Assembly: GCA_964016885.1 (NCBI GenBank)
Contig: OZ024741.1
Span: 238,576,001 to 238,640,000, forward strand
DNA length: 64,000 nucleotides
Direction: 5' to 3'
Origin: Eledone cirrhosa
Taxonomy: Eukaryota
The position numbers and the translations under genes are program-made. Shown here piece by piece: positions 13,130-25,370 of the stretch (positions are counted from its first letter, which is position 1; every line of letters starts with the position of its first letter). The notes below the pieces were generated by a model. The model was not told the origin of the DNA. It saw only the letters and a program-made list of their open reading frames with translations, and did not search any database.

Positions 13130-13438
13130 TCAGTTCACTCTGAAAGGTGGTCATGCTGGTGACAACAAAAGACCCTAGTCCACTATGTAATATGGTCATG
13201 CTGGTGACATGACAAAAGAGTACCCAGTCCATCCTGTAAGGTGGTTGTGTTGGTGACTTGACAAAAGAACACCCAGTCCACCCTGTAAGGTAGTTGTATT
13301 GGGAACACAACAAAAAGCACCCAGTAAAGTAGTCATATTGGTGATAACAAAAGACTCCCATTTCACCCTGTAAGGTGGTCATGCTGGTGACATGATGAAA
13401 AATACCCAGTCCAACCTGTCAGTTGGTAATATTGGTGA
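13130..13438 (+). repeat. Diverged SINE-B internal subrepeat array (~6 units of ~45-50 bp)
   Basis: Repeated GGTCATGCTGGTGAC...AAAAG.ACCCAGTCCA.CCTGTAAG units; the last unit resembles the 49-bp minisatellite unit at 17 kb. Confidence 0.75.
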
Positions 13439-13440
13439 TG

Positions 13441-15984
13441 ATAATAATAACAATAATGAAATTGTGTACAGTGCTCAGGTGCACTACAACTCGTCAAAGT
13501 TGAATGTATGGTACATAGAATAATGTACAAATGTCAGGAAAGTGAACAGTGTATGAGTCATGACATACATTTGTGCATGAGTATGGAGGGGGAATATCAG
13601 GTGCAGTGTTGGTGAATTTCAGGAAGCATGGAGGTTTTAAAGGATGCGGTGTTTCGGCAGCTAACAACTGATGCAGGTATGTTCCATGCTTCAGCAACTC
13701 TGAGCGTGCAAAAATGTTTCCGAAAGTCATGGAAACTGTGCTGTTTTCTGACTTTGTTGGCATGCCCACGTGTGCTAGACACATGGAAATCAAAAAGGTA
13801 CTCAGGGTTGTTGTTGGCAAGATGGTTAGTAATTTTGTGTGTTTACCAAGTCAGTTGCCAGACGTCGGAACTACAATGTATCCATGCCCAGGGAAGCCAG
13901 GTGTTTGGAGTATGGTAGATGCCTGATGGAGGGTATTCGCTTGGTTGCACGTCTCTGAACAGTTTCCAGGAGGTCAATGTTCTGAGCAAGATAGGGGTTC
14001 CAGACTGGTGATGCATATTCTAAGTGTGGAAGTACCATAGCTATATACAGCTTTAAATAGATAGCTGGAGAGCAGCTGACAAAGGTCTTGCTGAGTGATG
14101 CTAAGACACCCTCAGCCTTCTTGACAATTTTAGACGCAGATCGCTGCTGACAGTAATGCCCAGGTCACATTCACAAGAAGACTTCTTGATATTAGTGTCA
14201 TGGAGGGAGTACGTGGACACTGGGTTTTTCCTCCCAAAATGCATGGTGGTACACTTGTTCACCAGTTAAAAAGATTATCCTTCACACCATTGTAGAGTTT
14301 TGCCATAAGTCTTTTGTGTGGTATAGAATTAAAATCTTTAGCAGAGTCATGGTAAACAACATCCACCCATAAGCCGCCATCAGTGATCCGGGTGATGTCT
14401 TCAAGAAACTCGATAAGTGGATCACAGCAGCTGGAGTTAGGGATAAATGCAAATTGCGAGGGCTGGATAAGACTGTGAGAGTTTCAGAGTGTTTCTCTGA
14501 CACAGGATTTTCATCAGTTTGGCAATGCAACTAGTAAGACTGACTAGACGATAGTTGACAGGTGACGTGCGGTCACCCTTTTTGAACAGAGGAATGACAC
14601 TGGCAGTTTTCCACTGTTCTGGAGTAGCACCATTGTTAAGACAGAATTCAAAAGAGTGATAGCTGGTGCAGAAGGAAGTATCCACCATGGTTGAGAAGCA
14701 GGTACATAACACCATCAAGACCAGGAGAGGCATTGTTGCATTTACTCTTAAGGTGACGTTGCAGCATTGCAGGTGTAAATTCCATAGTTGTTATAGAATT
14801 TGATGTCAGAGTTGGTGGAGATGGTACGTTTTATTCAGCAATGAGTTCTGAGCATTCTTTGGGGTTGTCAGTAATCTTGTTTGTGTGGGGATTGCAAAGA
14901 GGACCAACTGGAGAGTGAGGCGTCTGCTTTGAATGTACATATTTCCAGAACACCTTACTGTCAGGGTTGGCTGCTATGCTCTGTTCAAATTCAAGTACTG
15001 CCTTTTTTGTCACCTGCTTGAGATGGTTGGATGATTTATTTCGCTTTTTTATGCAGTTTGTATTCATGTTCAGCATTACAACAGATTTTCCTGGCAAGTT
15101 GGACCGCTGCAGTCTCCCAAATTGCACTTTTGGGATTTTTTTTCTGCTTACGTGGCACTGATGCTGCACATGCTGTCAATATTGGGTTCAGGATGTTCTG
15201 AAGTATATTGTTCACATCTCCAGAGTCGTAAAATTCAAGCCAGTTTGGGCATCGCAGCTCGGTGCAGTAATAGTTCCAGTCAAAGTGAGCAGTTTGGAGA
15301 TGGTTGTGATTTTTGTTACTGCCCATAAGAGACAGATTGGCAATGATCATAGCATGATCAGAGTCACCTAAAGGTTCCTCAGTAGTAACATTAATAACCA
15401 TTTCAGGAGTAGTAGTAAAGAGTAGATCCAAAGTGTTGTTACCTCTTGTTGGGGAGGTGACTACTTGGGACCAGTTCAAGTCCAGAACTAGCTAGCTCAA
15501 AGAAACCATTTGCACTTTGTGCCCAACGAAAGGTTTCCCAATCAATCTGAGGCTGATTGAAGTTGCCTGCAATAAAAACATAAGTGGCTGACTTCCTGGC
15601 AGCAGCTCTGAGGATATCACAAAGCTGTGTTTCCTGATGGTAATTGGGGGTGGGGTGGGGAGGTGTAACAACTTCAAGTAGAAATGTTGACATGGTCATA
15701 CGTATATTGCAAAAAAAATGCTTCTTGTTGTGATTGGTTCAAATCAACGCAAGGAATTGCTGAAAAGTTTGAACGAACGTAGACCATTACACCACCACCA
15801 TGATTAATGCGGCCTTTGTGAAACAAGTTGTAGCCAGCTATGCTGAATACCCCATCAACCCCATCAGAGTAAGGAATGTGCCCATGTTTCCGTGACTGTA
15901 ATGAAATCAGGGTCGATACTTTTGACGTAAGAATCAAAAAGATGTATCTTGTTGCATTGACTACGAGCATTTAATGACAACAAT
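13441..15984 (-). mobile_element. Degenerate CR1/L2-type LINE ORF2 (APE + partial RT, internally deleted), runs into gap
   Basis: Fragments LNARSQCNK, TVTETW, SDHAMI, WKTASVIPLFKKGD match ORF 30433-32583; the central RT core is missing near 14270; many frameshifts. Confidence 0.92.
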
Positions 15985-16184
15985 NNNNNNNNNNNNNNNN
16001 NNNNNNNNNNNNNNNNNNNNNNNNNNNNNNNNNNNNNNNNNNNNNNNNNNNNNNNNNNNNNNNNNNNNNNNNNNNNNNNNNNNNNNNNNNNNNNNNNNNN
16101 NNNNNNNNNNNNNNNNNNNNNNNNNNNNNNNNNNNNNNNNNNNNNNNNNNNNNNNNNNNNNNNNNNNNNNNNNNNNNNNNNNNN
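15985..16184. other. Assembly gap (200 N)
   Basis: Run of n characters. Confidence 1.
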
Positions 16185-16189
16185 CACGT

Positions 16190-16525
16190 ATCATTTCATT
16201 TTATGTCCGCTTTTTCCCTGCTTGCAAGGGTGGAACGGTAACTGATTTGGGCTTGATTTCTACAGCTGGATGCCCTTCCTAACACCAACCTCATTTACAG
16301 TGAGTGCTGGGTGCTTTTTTGCCGTGGCACCTCCACGACCACTTTGCAGTGGAATTATAGGGACACCAGTCCCTAATCATCTCATTTCTACAGCTGAATA
16401 AACTGGAGCAATGTGAAATAAAGTGTCTTGCTCAAGGAAACAACACATCACCCAGTCTGAGAATTGAACTCACAACCTTTCGATTGCAAGCCCAATGCTC
16501 TAACCACTAAGCCATGTACCTCCAC
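16190..16525 (-). mobile_element. SINE family B
   Basis: Near-identical to 3350-3686 and 18951-19246. Confidence 0.85.
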
Positions 16526-16994
16526 GTATATATAATTAAAAGGTTTATGTGGGTTAGAAATGAAGTCAATGGTTTCATAATGTATGTAAGATTGGCCGGT
16601 ATAGTGTCTCACACGAAATAGTGTGGTTTCTTTTCATTTTGTGTGTGTATGCGTGTGTGGTATGTATCTGTATATAAATCTGTGTGTATATTGTTGTTTA
16701 TAGAATTTGGGAAGTACTTACTGTGATCCCTAAGGGATATAGTGATTAATTTTATTTATTTATTTATTTTTCATTCATGTCTACACGTGGTTTGTTGGTG
16801 AAAATCAGATATACTTTGTTAAAGTAACGTTATGTTGAAACTGGTTCTAATAGTCAGGAGATAGTGAAAGTATTTGCAATAATGAATATTGTAATCCATT
16901 TGACATGCGTTAAAAGGTCAGTTATCGGTGATAATATTTTATTTAGATAGAAAAGCCATGGTCATGCATCCTTCCTTGTCACCATCTTGCCATA

Positions 16995-17825
16995 TATGAT
17001 GAAAAAGTACCCAGTCCAACCTGTCAGTAGGTCATTTTGGTGATATGATGAAAAAGTACCCAGTCCAACCTGTCAGTTGGTCATTTTGGTGATATGATGA
17101 AAAAGTACCCAGTCCAACCTGTCAGTTGGTCATTTTGGTAATATGATGAAAAAGTACCCAGTCCAACCTGTCAGTTGGTCATTTTGGTAATATGATGAAA
17201 AAGTACCCAGTCCAACCTGTCAGTTGGTCATTTGGTAATATGATGAAAAAGTACCCAGTCCAACCTGTCAGTTGGTCATTTTGGTGATATGATGAAAAAG
17301 TACCCAGTCCAACCTGTCAGTTGGTCATTTTGGTAATATGATGAAAAAGTACCCAGTCCAACCTGTCAGTTGGTTATGTTGGTGATATGATGAAAAAGTA
17401 CCCAGTCCAACCTGTCAGTTGGTTATGTTGGTGATATGATGAAAAAGTACCCAGTCCAACCTGTCAGTTGGTTATGTTGGTGATATGATGAAAAAGTACC
17501 CAGTCCAACCTGTCAGTTGGTTATGTTGGTGATATGATGAAAAAGTACCCAGTCCAACCTGTCAGTTGGTTATGTTGGTGATATGATGAAAAAGTACCCA
17601 GTCCAACCTGTCAGTTGGTTATGTTGGTGATATGATGAAAAAGTACCCAGTCCAACCTGTCAGCTGGTTATGTTGGTGATATGATGAAAAAGTACCCAGT
17701 CCAACCTGTCAGCTGGTTATGTTGGTGATATGATGAAAAAGTACCCAGTCCAACCTGTCAGTTGGTCATTTTGGTGATATGATGAAAAAGTACCCAGTCC
17801 AACCTGTCAGTTGGTCATTTTGGTG
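16995..17825 (+). repeat. 49-bp minisatellite (~17 copies) derived from SINE-B subrepeat
   Basis: Unit TGATATGATGAAAAAGTACCCAGTCCAACCTGTCAGTTGGT(CATTT|TATGT)TGG, head to tail with no spacers; followed by the SINE-B 3' part (17826-18008). Confidence 0.95.
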
Positions 17826-18012
17826 CCACAGTAAAAATCACCCAGTCCACACTGTAAATGTGGTTGGCATTAGGAAGTCATCCAGCTGTAGAAACCAAGT
17901 CTGCATGAATAAGACATGGTCACCTGATCTGACTTGCCTCACAATGTGACAACTCGTCTAACCTATGCTAGTGTGGGGAATGGACGTTAAACAGTGATAA
18001 TGATAATGACAT

Positions 18013-18178
18013 ATATTATAAATACATTCTAAACACAGCTGCATGCTATTTAAGGTTTCAATTTCTACTCTAGCATAGGTCTTATCTTTCAAGCAACAAT
18101 AGCAGATATAAGGTCTCAAAGTGTAGGCTTTGAAATTTTAGGAAGCATGCAGCTGTATGAGAATCTGTTTATAAGATA
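18013..18178. mobile_element. Old fold-back MITE-like element
   Basis: Imperfect inverted arms TTATAAATACATTCTAAACACAGCTGCATGCT / AGCATGCAGCTGTATGAGAATCTGTTTATAA. Confidence 0.5.
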
Positions 18179-18950
18179 CTTTAGCTCTGTACTTAACATA
18201 GAGCACTCTTTGTCCTACTCTTGACACAATGATATATATATATATATATATAGTATTATCAAATATCAGCTTTATATTACTTTTATGTGATTATATTTCA
18301 AATATTATATAAATTTATTACTCTTTTAATATGGAAGATTTATGAATGTTGAGATAAATAATCTGTTTAATAGGAGTCTTATGTTACACCTTATGCTTAT
18401 GTAGATTTACTTGCCTCCTACAGGGTGGCATTTCACAGTAGGATTCTTGGTTAATGACAGGGTCCATAGTCCTATAATAAAATATCCCCTGGACCAGATT
18501 CCAGTGTGTTGCAAAGGATAACCCACATTTAAATCTGTATTCACTTAAAATGTATAACTGAATTTCATACATAAATGTGTGATACTAGGAGAGGTTGGAA
18601 TATTTAAGATTGTTCTCCTAGGAATAAAGACAGGATGGATATGTAGTAATCAACATCAGGAATCTTTGAAAGCAGTGGAAATCAATAAAATCAGTGCCCT
18701 TGTATAGAGCCAATTGTTTCATGCCTATATATTATGTAAGAATTAGGTCCCATAATATCCAGTTTCAAGCAAAAGAGAAACATGAAGAGATGTGAACATA
18801 TTCAGGCAGCACCTGAACTTACTATGTGAGACCAAGATGAATCTACATCACAAGAAACAATTTCCTCATCTAACATACACACATCATAGTTTTTAAGTCC
18901 ACATTGTGTTGATTGCTCCTTTCATTTGTTTGTGCCTATACCTATATATA

Positions 18951-19246
18951 TCATCATCATCATTTTACGTCCGCTTTTCCCTGCTTGCAAGGGTGGGATG
19001 GGAACTGATTCTGGCTTGATTTCTACAGCTGGATGCCCTTCCTAACACCAACCTCATTTACAGTGAGTGCTGGGTGCTTTTTTGCCGTGGCACCTCCACG
19101 ACCACTTTGCAGTGGAATGAGAGGGACCCCAGTCCCTATCATCTCATTTCTACAGCTGAGTAAACTGGAGCAATGTGAAATAAAGTGTCTTGCTCAAGGA
19201 AACAACACATCACCCGGTCTGAGAATTGAACTCACAACCTTTCGAT
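18951..19246 (-). mobile_element. SINE family B, 5' truncated at (TA)n
   Basis: Near-identical to 16190-16485. Confidence 0.85.
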
Positions 19247-19267
19247 TATATATATATATATATATAT

Positions 19268-19369
19268 AACAAATTTTAATATAGAAATGGCTTCTACAGG
19301 ACTTGAACTGTTTCCTTTGAATGAAACAGTTCAAGTCCTGTAGAAGCCATTTCTATATTAATATTTGTT
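19268..19369. repeat. Palindrome, 47-bp arms, 8-nt loop, between TA tracts
   Basis: 19268-19314 is the reverse complement of 19323-19369 with one mismatch. Confidence 0.95.
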
Positions 19370-19474
19370 GTATATATTCTACTAATGTTTTGGAACCTTA
19401 CTGTGGTTACCCCCGACTGAACCTGGGACTCACATATATATATACCGATTGTGTTGTTATTTCTGTTTACCTTT

Positions 19475-19536
<62 letters not shown>

Positions 19537-20819
19537 TAGCATTAAGAAGGGCATCCAGCTGTAGAAACCAAGCCAAAATGCAGAAGATTCGCATGAACAA
19601 GACGTAGTTACCTGACCTGACTTGTCTCATAATGTGTCAACCTGTCTAACCAATACAAGCTTGGAAAAATAGATATTAAATGATGATGATTTATGTATAA
19701 CAATTTTATTGCCAGTGACTTCAGAATTTCACTGGCTATGGCAGTTTAAACAAGTCATGACCAATGAAACATCTAAGTCTCTGTCAATAGAGTTGTATTA
19801 AGTCCTTTATTCAGGCAATGTTTATATGTGTAGGTGTATCAGGAACATGCTACAATTAAATACTAAGGGTAAACTGGATACATTAATAAAGTAAATTACA
19901 AAAAAAACTTTTTATCATAAGACAATATGTAAAAACATTTTCACAACAAAAAATATTTACTTATGGTTTTCCTCACTTTGAATTTAGCTTTGTGGTATTT
20001 GTATCAGGTTTCTGTGTTCTGGGTGGAAATACTGCTGTGGTCAATTTTGCTTTTTATTCTTTCAGGATCAATAAAATAAAGTACCAGTCAAGATTGGTGA
20101 ATTGGCAGAATTGTTAGTGTTGGATGAAATGCTTTGTGATATTTGTTCTGCCTTTTTGCATTTTGACTTCAAATCTCACTGGCCTATTTGAGTGCTAAAC
20201 ATGGCCTAGTTTAATACCATCACCTTGTACCTAAGTGCCTTTAATGGTCTCCACTGTTAGAATCATCTGGATCAAGTCTCCAGTTTGAGGATACTTTCCT
20301 CCTACAAGTCTTAGAGGCTCCGAAAAACATCATTGGCTTTGCCCTTTCCTTCCTTGACTAATCAAGTTGTGTTTAGAAATGCAAAAAGTACAAAATGCAT
20401 AGAGTGTCTATATCTAAATAGCAGCTGAAGTTTATTGAATCATTATGAGTTTCAATTTGCTAATTCTTTTATTGAGCTATATGACTTAATGAATATCCTT
20501 TTAAAAGTATATTTTTGCAACATATGTATATATTCAGAGACTCAGAATGACATCTCACTGACTTACTATCCACATAAAATCTTGAGTTTAAAGGATAACA
20601 TTAACAATTATAAAATCAATGGAACTGATCTAGAACATGTCCCCCCCACCACCCCACATTAATTAAGTCAGTGTGTTTTACACCTATGATATTGAAGATA
20701 TAAAAATATCACGTACTTTCGCATGTGAATAGATGAATGTACAATGCAAGCAATCAAATCTCGATGACTAATAACATTTATCTATTTACAAATATTTTTG
20801 GTTATATATTGTGTTCGTT

Positions 20820-20932
20820 CCTTCATTTTACTGACATTTGTACATTATTCTATGTACTATACATGAACCTTTGATGAGTTGTAGTGCACCTGAGCACTGT
20901 ACACAATATTTTTCATTATCATTATTATTATT
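20820..20932 (+). mobile_element. CR1/L2-type LINE extreme 3' tip
   Basis: CTGACATTTGTACATTATTCTATG...GCACTGTACACAAT plus (ATT)n. Confidence 0.85.
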
Positions 20933-21109
20933 TGAACGTGGAACTCAGAGTAACAATTCAATCAGCTTCCACTTTTAATAATAATATATATAGAGAAAGG
21001 GAAATCGAAATGTGTTTGCGCAATTTTTTTTTTTTTTTTGTATTTCTTATTGAAAGAATATGAGAAACAAGTTTCAAATGAATACTCAATACAAATAAGT
21101 AGAAAATAT

Positions 21110-21460
21110 GTTTATTATTATCCACCCATACAAAGAATCCTTTGTTTCGCTCCGCCTCGGAGTTGGTTTCAAGTTTTATATTTATTTAGATTTTGATGCA
21201 GAGCCATGATTTCGTAGGCTTACAACTTGGCTGGACCACACTATTTCAAGCGTTTTTTTTTTTTTAAATTATAGTTGAGAATAACATTATTAATAATATT
21301 GACATTATTATGCACCAAGTTTATGTTTTAACACATTTAAAAATTATTTCTACTTATTTTCGTACGTATAGTAAGATCTAAATTTGATTGGTAAGAGTTA
21401 TTTCCCCGAGGACATAAATTATACCGGCACACATTTCTATAAGGACCGTATAGTTAACTA
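21110..21460 (+). repeat. Left arm of diverged inverted repeat (partner 23940-24310)
   Basis: Collinear blocks such as GATTTCGTAGGCTTACAA and TTGATTGGTA.GAGTTATTTCCCC.AGGA are shared in opposite orientation. Confidence 0.85.
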
Positions 21461-21699
21461 AAAGAATTAAAAAAACTAAATGAATTACTCGATATAAATA
21501 TATGAATAATTTGATAAATTTAACGCCTAGGAAATATCTGGTTTTCATTCACTGGATATACATTCGTTATTTATTTTCTATTCAAATGGTATTGGTTTAA
21601 TCGAACCAAACCAATATGTATAAATCATTACAAATATAGGAGTGTTGAAAACTATGATTTCTTTCACGTACATAGAACAGTTCTGAAAAGAAAAGGCGG

Positions 21700-21910
21700 C
21701 AAATAACTTGACAGTCAACCACAAGCTATAAGGGACGCTGGAGTTTCCCTCTAATAGCGTTTGAGGCAAGCTAACACATTTGCAGTATTGTCGTGTGAGA
21801 GCAAGGCTAAGGCATTGGAATAACCAAGCACGCTCGCGGGCATCATCGGTAAGGTGAGCCGTCAACAATAACAAGAATATCCTTGTCAGCCCTAAACTTC
21901 TCGAACACCA
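21700..21910 (-). mobile_element. CRE-like RLE retroposon 3' fragment
   Basis: TDDARERAWLFQCLSLAL resembles TGDAREGTWLFRHPSLAI at 35236-35418. Confidence 0.6.
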
Positions 21911-22034
21911 CAAGCAAAATAATAATAATTTGCCGTTTTTATTGCTATTTTTTTTCTCATGTGTGGTAAATTAATATATACATATACACCAAGTCCGAAC
22001 TCCCGCTGTCACTGCCTCTCTATCCATCTCCCAC

Positions 22035-22232
22035 TGAGAGTCGGACACCATGCTTTGCAACATAGTTTTGGCCCTTTACGGTCTGAGTTCAAATCCCGCC
22101 GAGGTTAACTTTTGCCTTTCATCATTACGGGGTCGATAAAATAAACACCAGTAACGTACTGAGGTCGATTTAATCAATTTTCCCCTCCCTCCAAATTACT
22201 GGCCTTGTGCCTATACTAGAAACCACTATTAT
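22035..22232 (+). mobile_element. SINE family A
   Basis: GAGTTCAAATCCCGCCGAGGTTAAC and core domain. Confidence 0.85.
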
Positions 22233-22249
22233 GAGCAAATGGGGGCCCA

Positions 22250-23795
22250 CGCATTGGCCGCTCCGCGGCCCTAGCGGACAGAATAGAGAAGGCGTCCTCG
22301 GAGGATGGTGAGAGAGGCGCTGGAAGAGTCATTCCAGCTTGCGAGGCTCACACCTGCAGGCAGCCAACTTTGTGCCGATGATGGTGAGTAGGGAGGTGGT
22401 CATAGGGCCAAGGACACCAGAAGTCTCCACTGCTACGAGCTCGTCTGCAAACCTCTCGGAGAGCGACCAATATTTAGAGAGTTTATCCTCTCGGCCCGAA
22501 GTGCAGCAGAGCCTGGGTTGGTAGCAGGCTGCTTCAGGTTGCCGCTGGAGAAAGTGCTGCTGCATGTGGCATCACAGATGAAAGGTTTACAACCGCGAAA
22601 CCGGAAGATGGTCATGCCGTCTGGCCTTTTTCTGTCCACCCGGTCTAGCCCTGCCGACTCAAGCTGGGAGGGAAAGCTTGCAGTGTCCAAGCCATGCTTT
22701 ATGGCCTCGTTGAGAGTAGCATGAAGTGGAAGGCGGCCGGCACTGTAGCGAGTGGAGCCGAAAGTGTCTATGGTTGATCTGCAGCGACATTTGTGTGACT
22801 AGCAGATCCGGAGACCGAGCCTCAGGAAAACCCCGATTCACAGGCTATCAGTCTCCAGCTGCGTGCCAGTCGAAAAGGAGGGCACGGCATAGATCCAGGC
22901 ACCGCTGTGGGGTTGCGAGGATCGGCTAGCCTGTCAAGGCTATGTCGCACTGGATGGCATCCCATATGCTCGGGAAGAGGAGGGACGTCTACTGGGCGGA
23001 GTCCGAGCTTGTTCCAAGTCTCGCATTCATCGATCGTATGGGTTATGTTGTGTTGTGGAGAACCCTGTTGATAAGGGCACGGCAAGAGGTTACTGATAAA
23101 AGAAACGCCGGCAAAGCCTGCGAGACCGGAGACCAAGGCCACCATCTGTAACAAGTAAAGTGTCCTGTTGCCATCTAAAGTCGTCAAACTTGACGTTGCA
23201 TATTAGCTACCACTCGGATAGTATCGAGGTTAGTGAGGAGAGATGCGTGGTTGTAGCAAGGAGCATTACGAAATGTGTAGAGGAGCTTCGGTATAGCGAG
23301 ACAGTTCATCGACAAGAAGGCTGGATGTGCGTGAATCCTGTCTAGCCTGCTTGTGAGCTGCTGGATCTGATGGTGGAGCGGATGCCCGGTAACCCGAGGA
23401 TGAGGACATCCTATCCGGTGTCATCTGCACCTGGCGGAGAACGGATCGCACGTCCGAGTCGGAGGCTGCAGAGCGTCGTTGATGACATTCACCATCCCCG
23501 ACTTGGATGAGTTGACCTCGAGGCCGATTTCGCCAGAGCAGGAACCATCGATCGCAGGTCATGGCAGACAGCTTCCACGGTTGATGCCCTGCCTCCGGCC
23601 AACATTAGTGGTCTTCACAGACTGAACGAGCTCCGCATCTCCATTGCACTCCAAGTGGGAGCCGATGTCTGTGGGGATCTGAGATGTCGTTGTGGTAGGT
23701 CCCTCTATTACACATGCCTCCACAGTCTGTCTAGCCGCCTGAATACTGGAACTATCAAATACCGAGGTGGTTTTGGTCCAATATGGTTTTGTCAA
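22250..23795 (-). mobile_element. Degenerate CRE-like non-LTR retrotransposon (restriction-like endonuclease)
   Basis: GC-rich island; fragments W.Q..L...DGGLG, LHSLQC, LESAGLDRVDRKRPDGMT..F.CDATC, KYWSL...VAVETSGVLGP typical of the RLE domain; no intact RT core seen. Confidence 0.75.
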
Positions 23796-23939
23796 GGACC
23801 CATCAAAAAGAAATAAAGTAACGTCCCATGCATGTTGCGATATTTCTTCTTCTTTTGTTAATTCATTTGGAATTTATTTTATACAGATCATTCGGATACT
23901 GTTCATAACTGCCTTTATTCAAGACAGGAAAGTATATAT

Positions 23940-24310
23940 TTCTGAAATTTATTTTCCGGTTCTCATAAAAATATGTACTGATATAATTAATATCCTAGGG
24001 GAAATAACTCATACCAATCAATCTTAGTTCTTTTTTGTCCCTACGAAAATAAATAGAAATATAAAAAATATGTAAAAACATAGACCTCGGTGGACTAGAA
24101 CATAAAAATAATGTTAATATTGTTAGTATTGTTATTATTTACAATTATAATTATGAGATGTTTAAAACTATGTTGGCCAGTCAATTTGTAAGCCTACGAA
24201 ATCTAGGCTCTTCAATAAATATCAATAAAAATAATTAATAAAAAGCCTGTGGCCAGCTCCGCGTGAAAGCAAAACAAAGGACTCTCTGTAAGGGCGAATA
24301 ATAATAATAA
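23940..24310 (-). repeat. Right arm of diverged inverted repeat (partner 21110-21460)
   Basis: Reverse complement aligns collinearly with 21110-21460. Confidence 0.85.
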
Positions 24311-24444
24311 TTTCTTTCAGTGATCGCAAAGACCCAAGACATTGGGGGACAATATAAGGACAAAGGCAACACAACACAAAGCGGGGTTTACCTTAAGTAA
24401 AAGGAAAAGGGATATCACTGAAGTGAAAACAGTAGGAAAAATGT

Positions 24445-24640
24445 TTTCTGATTTAGGCATCTGAGGAGGGGAAGTCAATTAAATCAACCCCAGTGCCTCA
24501 CCGGTACTTTATGTTATAAACCCCGTCAGGATGAAAGGCAAAGCTAACATCGGCAGGATTTCAACTCAGAATGTAAAGTGTCGTAACTATATGCCGCAAA
24601 GCAAGTCCGACGCTCTACTGATACTGCCGATTCATCGCCC
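24445..24640 (-). mobile_element. SINE family A
   Basis: Reverse complement of the GGGCGATGAATCGGCAGTATC head and GCCTTTCATCCTGACGGGG core. Confidence 0.8.
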
Positions 24641-24899
24641 TGAAAATAGTCGGAATAACAGAAATTGTAATAAATACACATAATAGAAAAAATAAAAAAA
24701 ACAATAACAAATGGGAACGACAAGTCCCCCAATAGTAAATGGTGGGGGACACTTTAGATTAACCCCAGTGAGAAACCCCACTCAAAGCCTGGGGTTAGGG
24801 TTACTTCACGAGTATTAAAATTGCCCTACCCCAGTTTTCTTCCTCTTACTTAAAAAAGCATAGTCAGATTAGGCCCAATAATAAGGATTTCTTTATTAA

Positions 24900-25370
24900 C
24901 TACTAAGGGCTTACGCCAATACAACATTAAAGACGGCACAGGAGGATGCAAATTGGGTTTTTGCATGTAAAAAATATTTATCAAAATAACAAACGTAAAA
25001 AATTCAAATAAAGAAAATTCTCCAATAGGGGGGGGGGGGGGGGGGCTCCAAGGGTCTCTCATAGAGAAAGTTTACGAAAAGCTACGGCCACGCCGATCAC
25101 TGGAACAAGTGCCTCTCCAATCTACCGGCACATACTTAGAGCAAGCCCGTTCACTCAAACCATGCTTGCCACTCTCATCCACCTTTCAACAAATTGACTG
25201 GGAGGTTGCATTTTTTCTTCACCTTCATTTTCCTCTTTAAGTGAAATTTGAAAAAGTTACAGCTTCGCCGAAAAGGGAAGTGCCTATCCTCAACCACTTT
25301 CGGCATGGTCACCAGGCAGTTGGAAACTGCCTGCGCTTCCTGACTAAAGCAAAATGGTAGGGCTATCATC
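24900..25370 (-). mobile_element. Possible Tx1/L1-type LINE 3' remnant
   Basis: GC-richer patch reading NFFKFHLKRKMKV and, in another frame, RWMRVASMV, reminiscent of Tx1 ORF2 C-termini; weak. Confidence 0.3.

Noticed and set aside
15864-16282. ORFs containing X runs
   Set aside because: Artefacts of the N gap.
16995-17825. CRISPR-like regular array
   Set aside because: Units are contiguous with no unique spacers, derive from a SINE subrepeat, and the context is eukaryotic with no cas genes.
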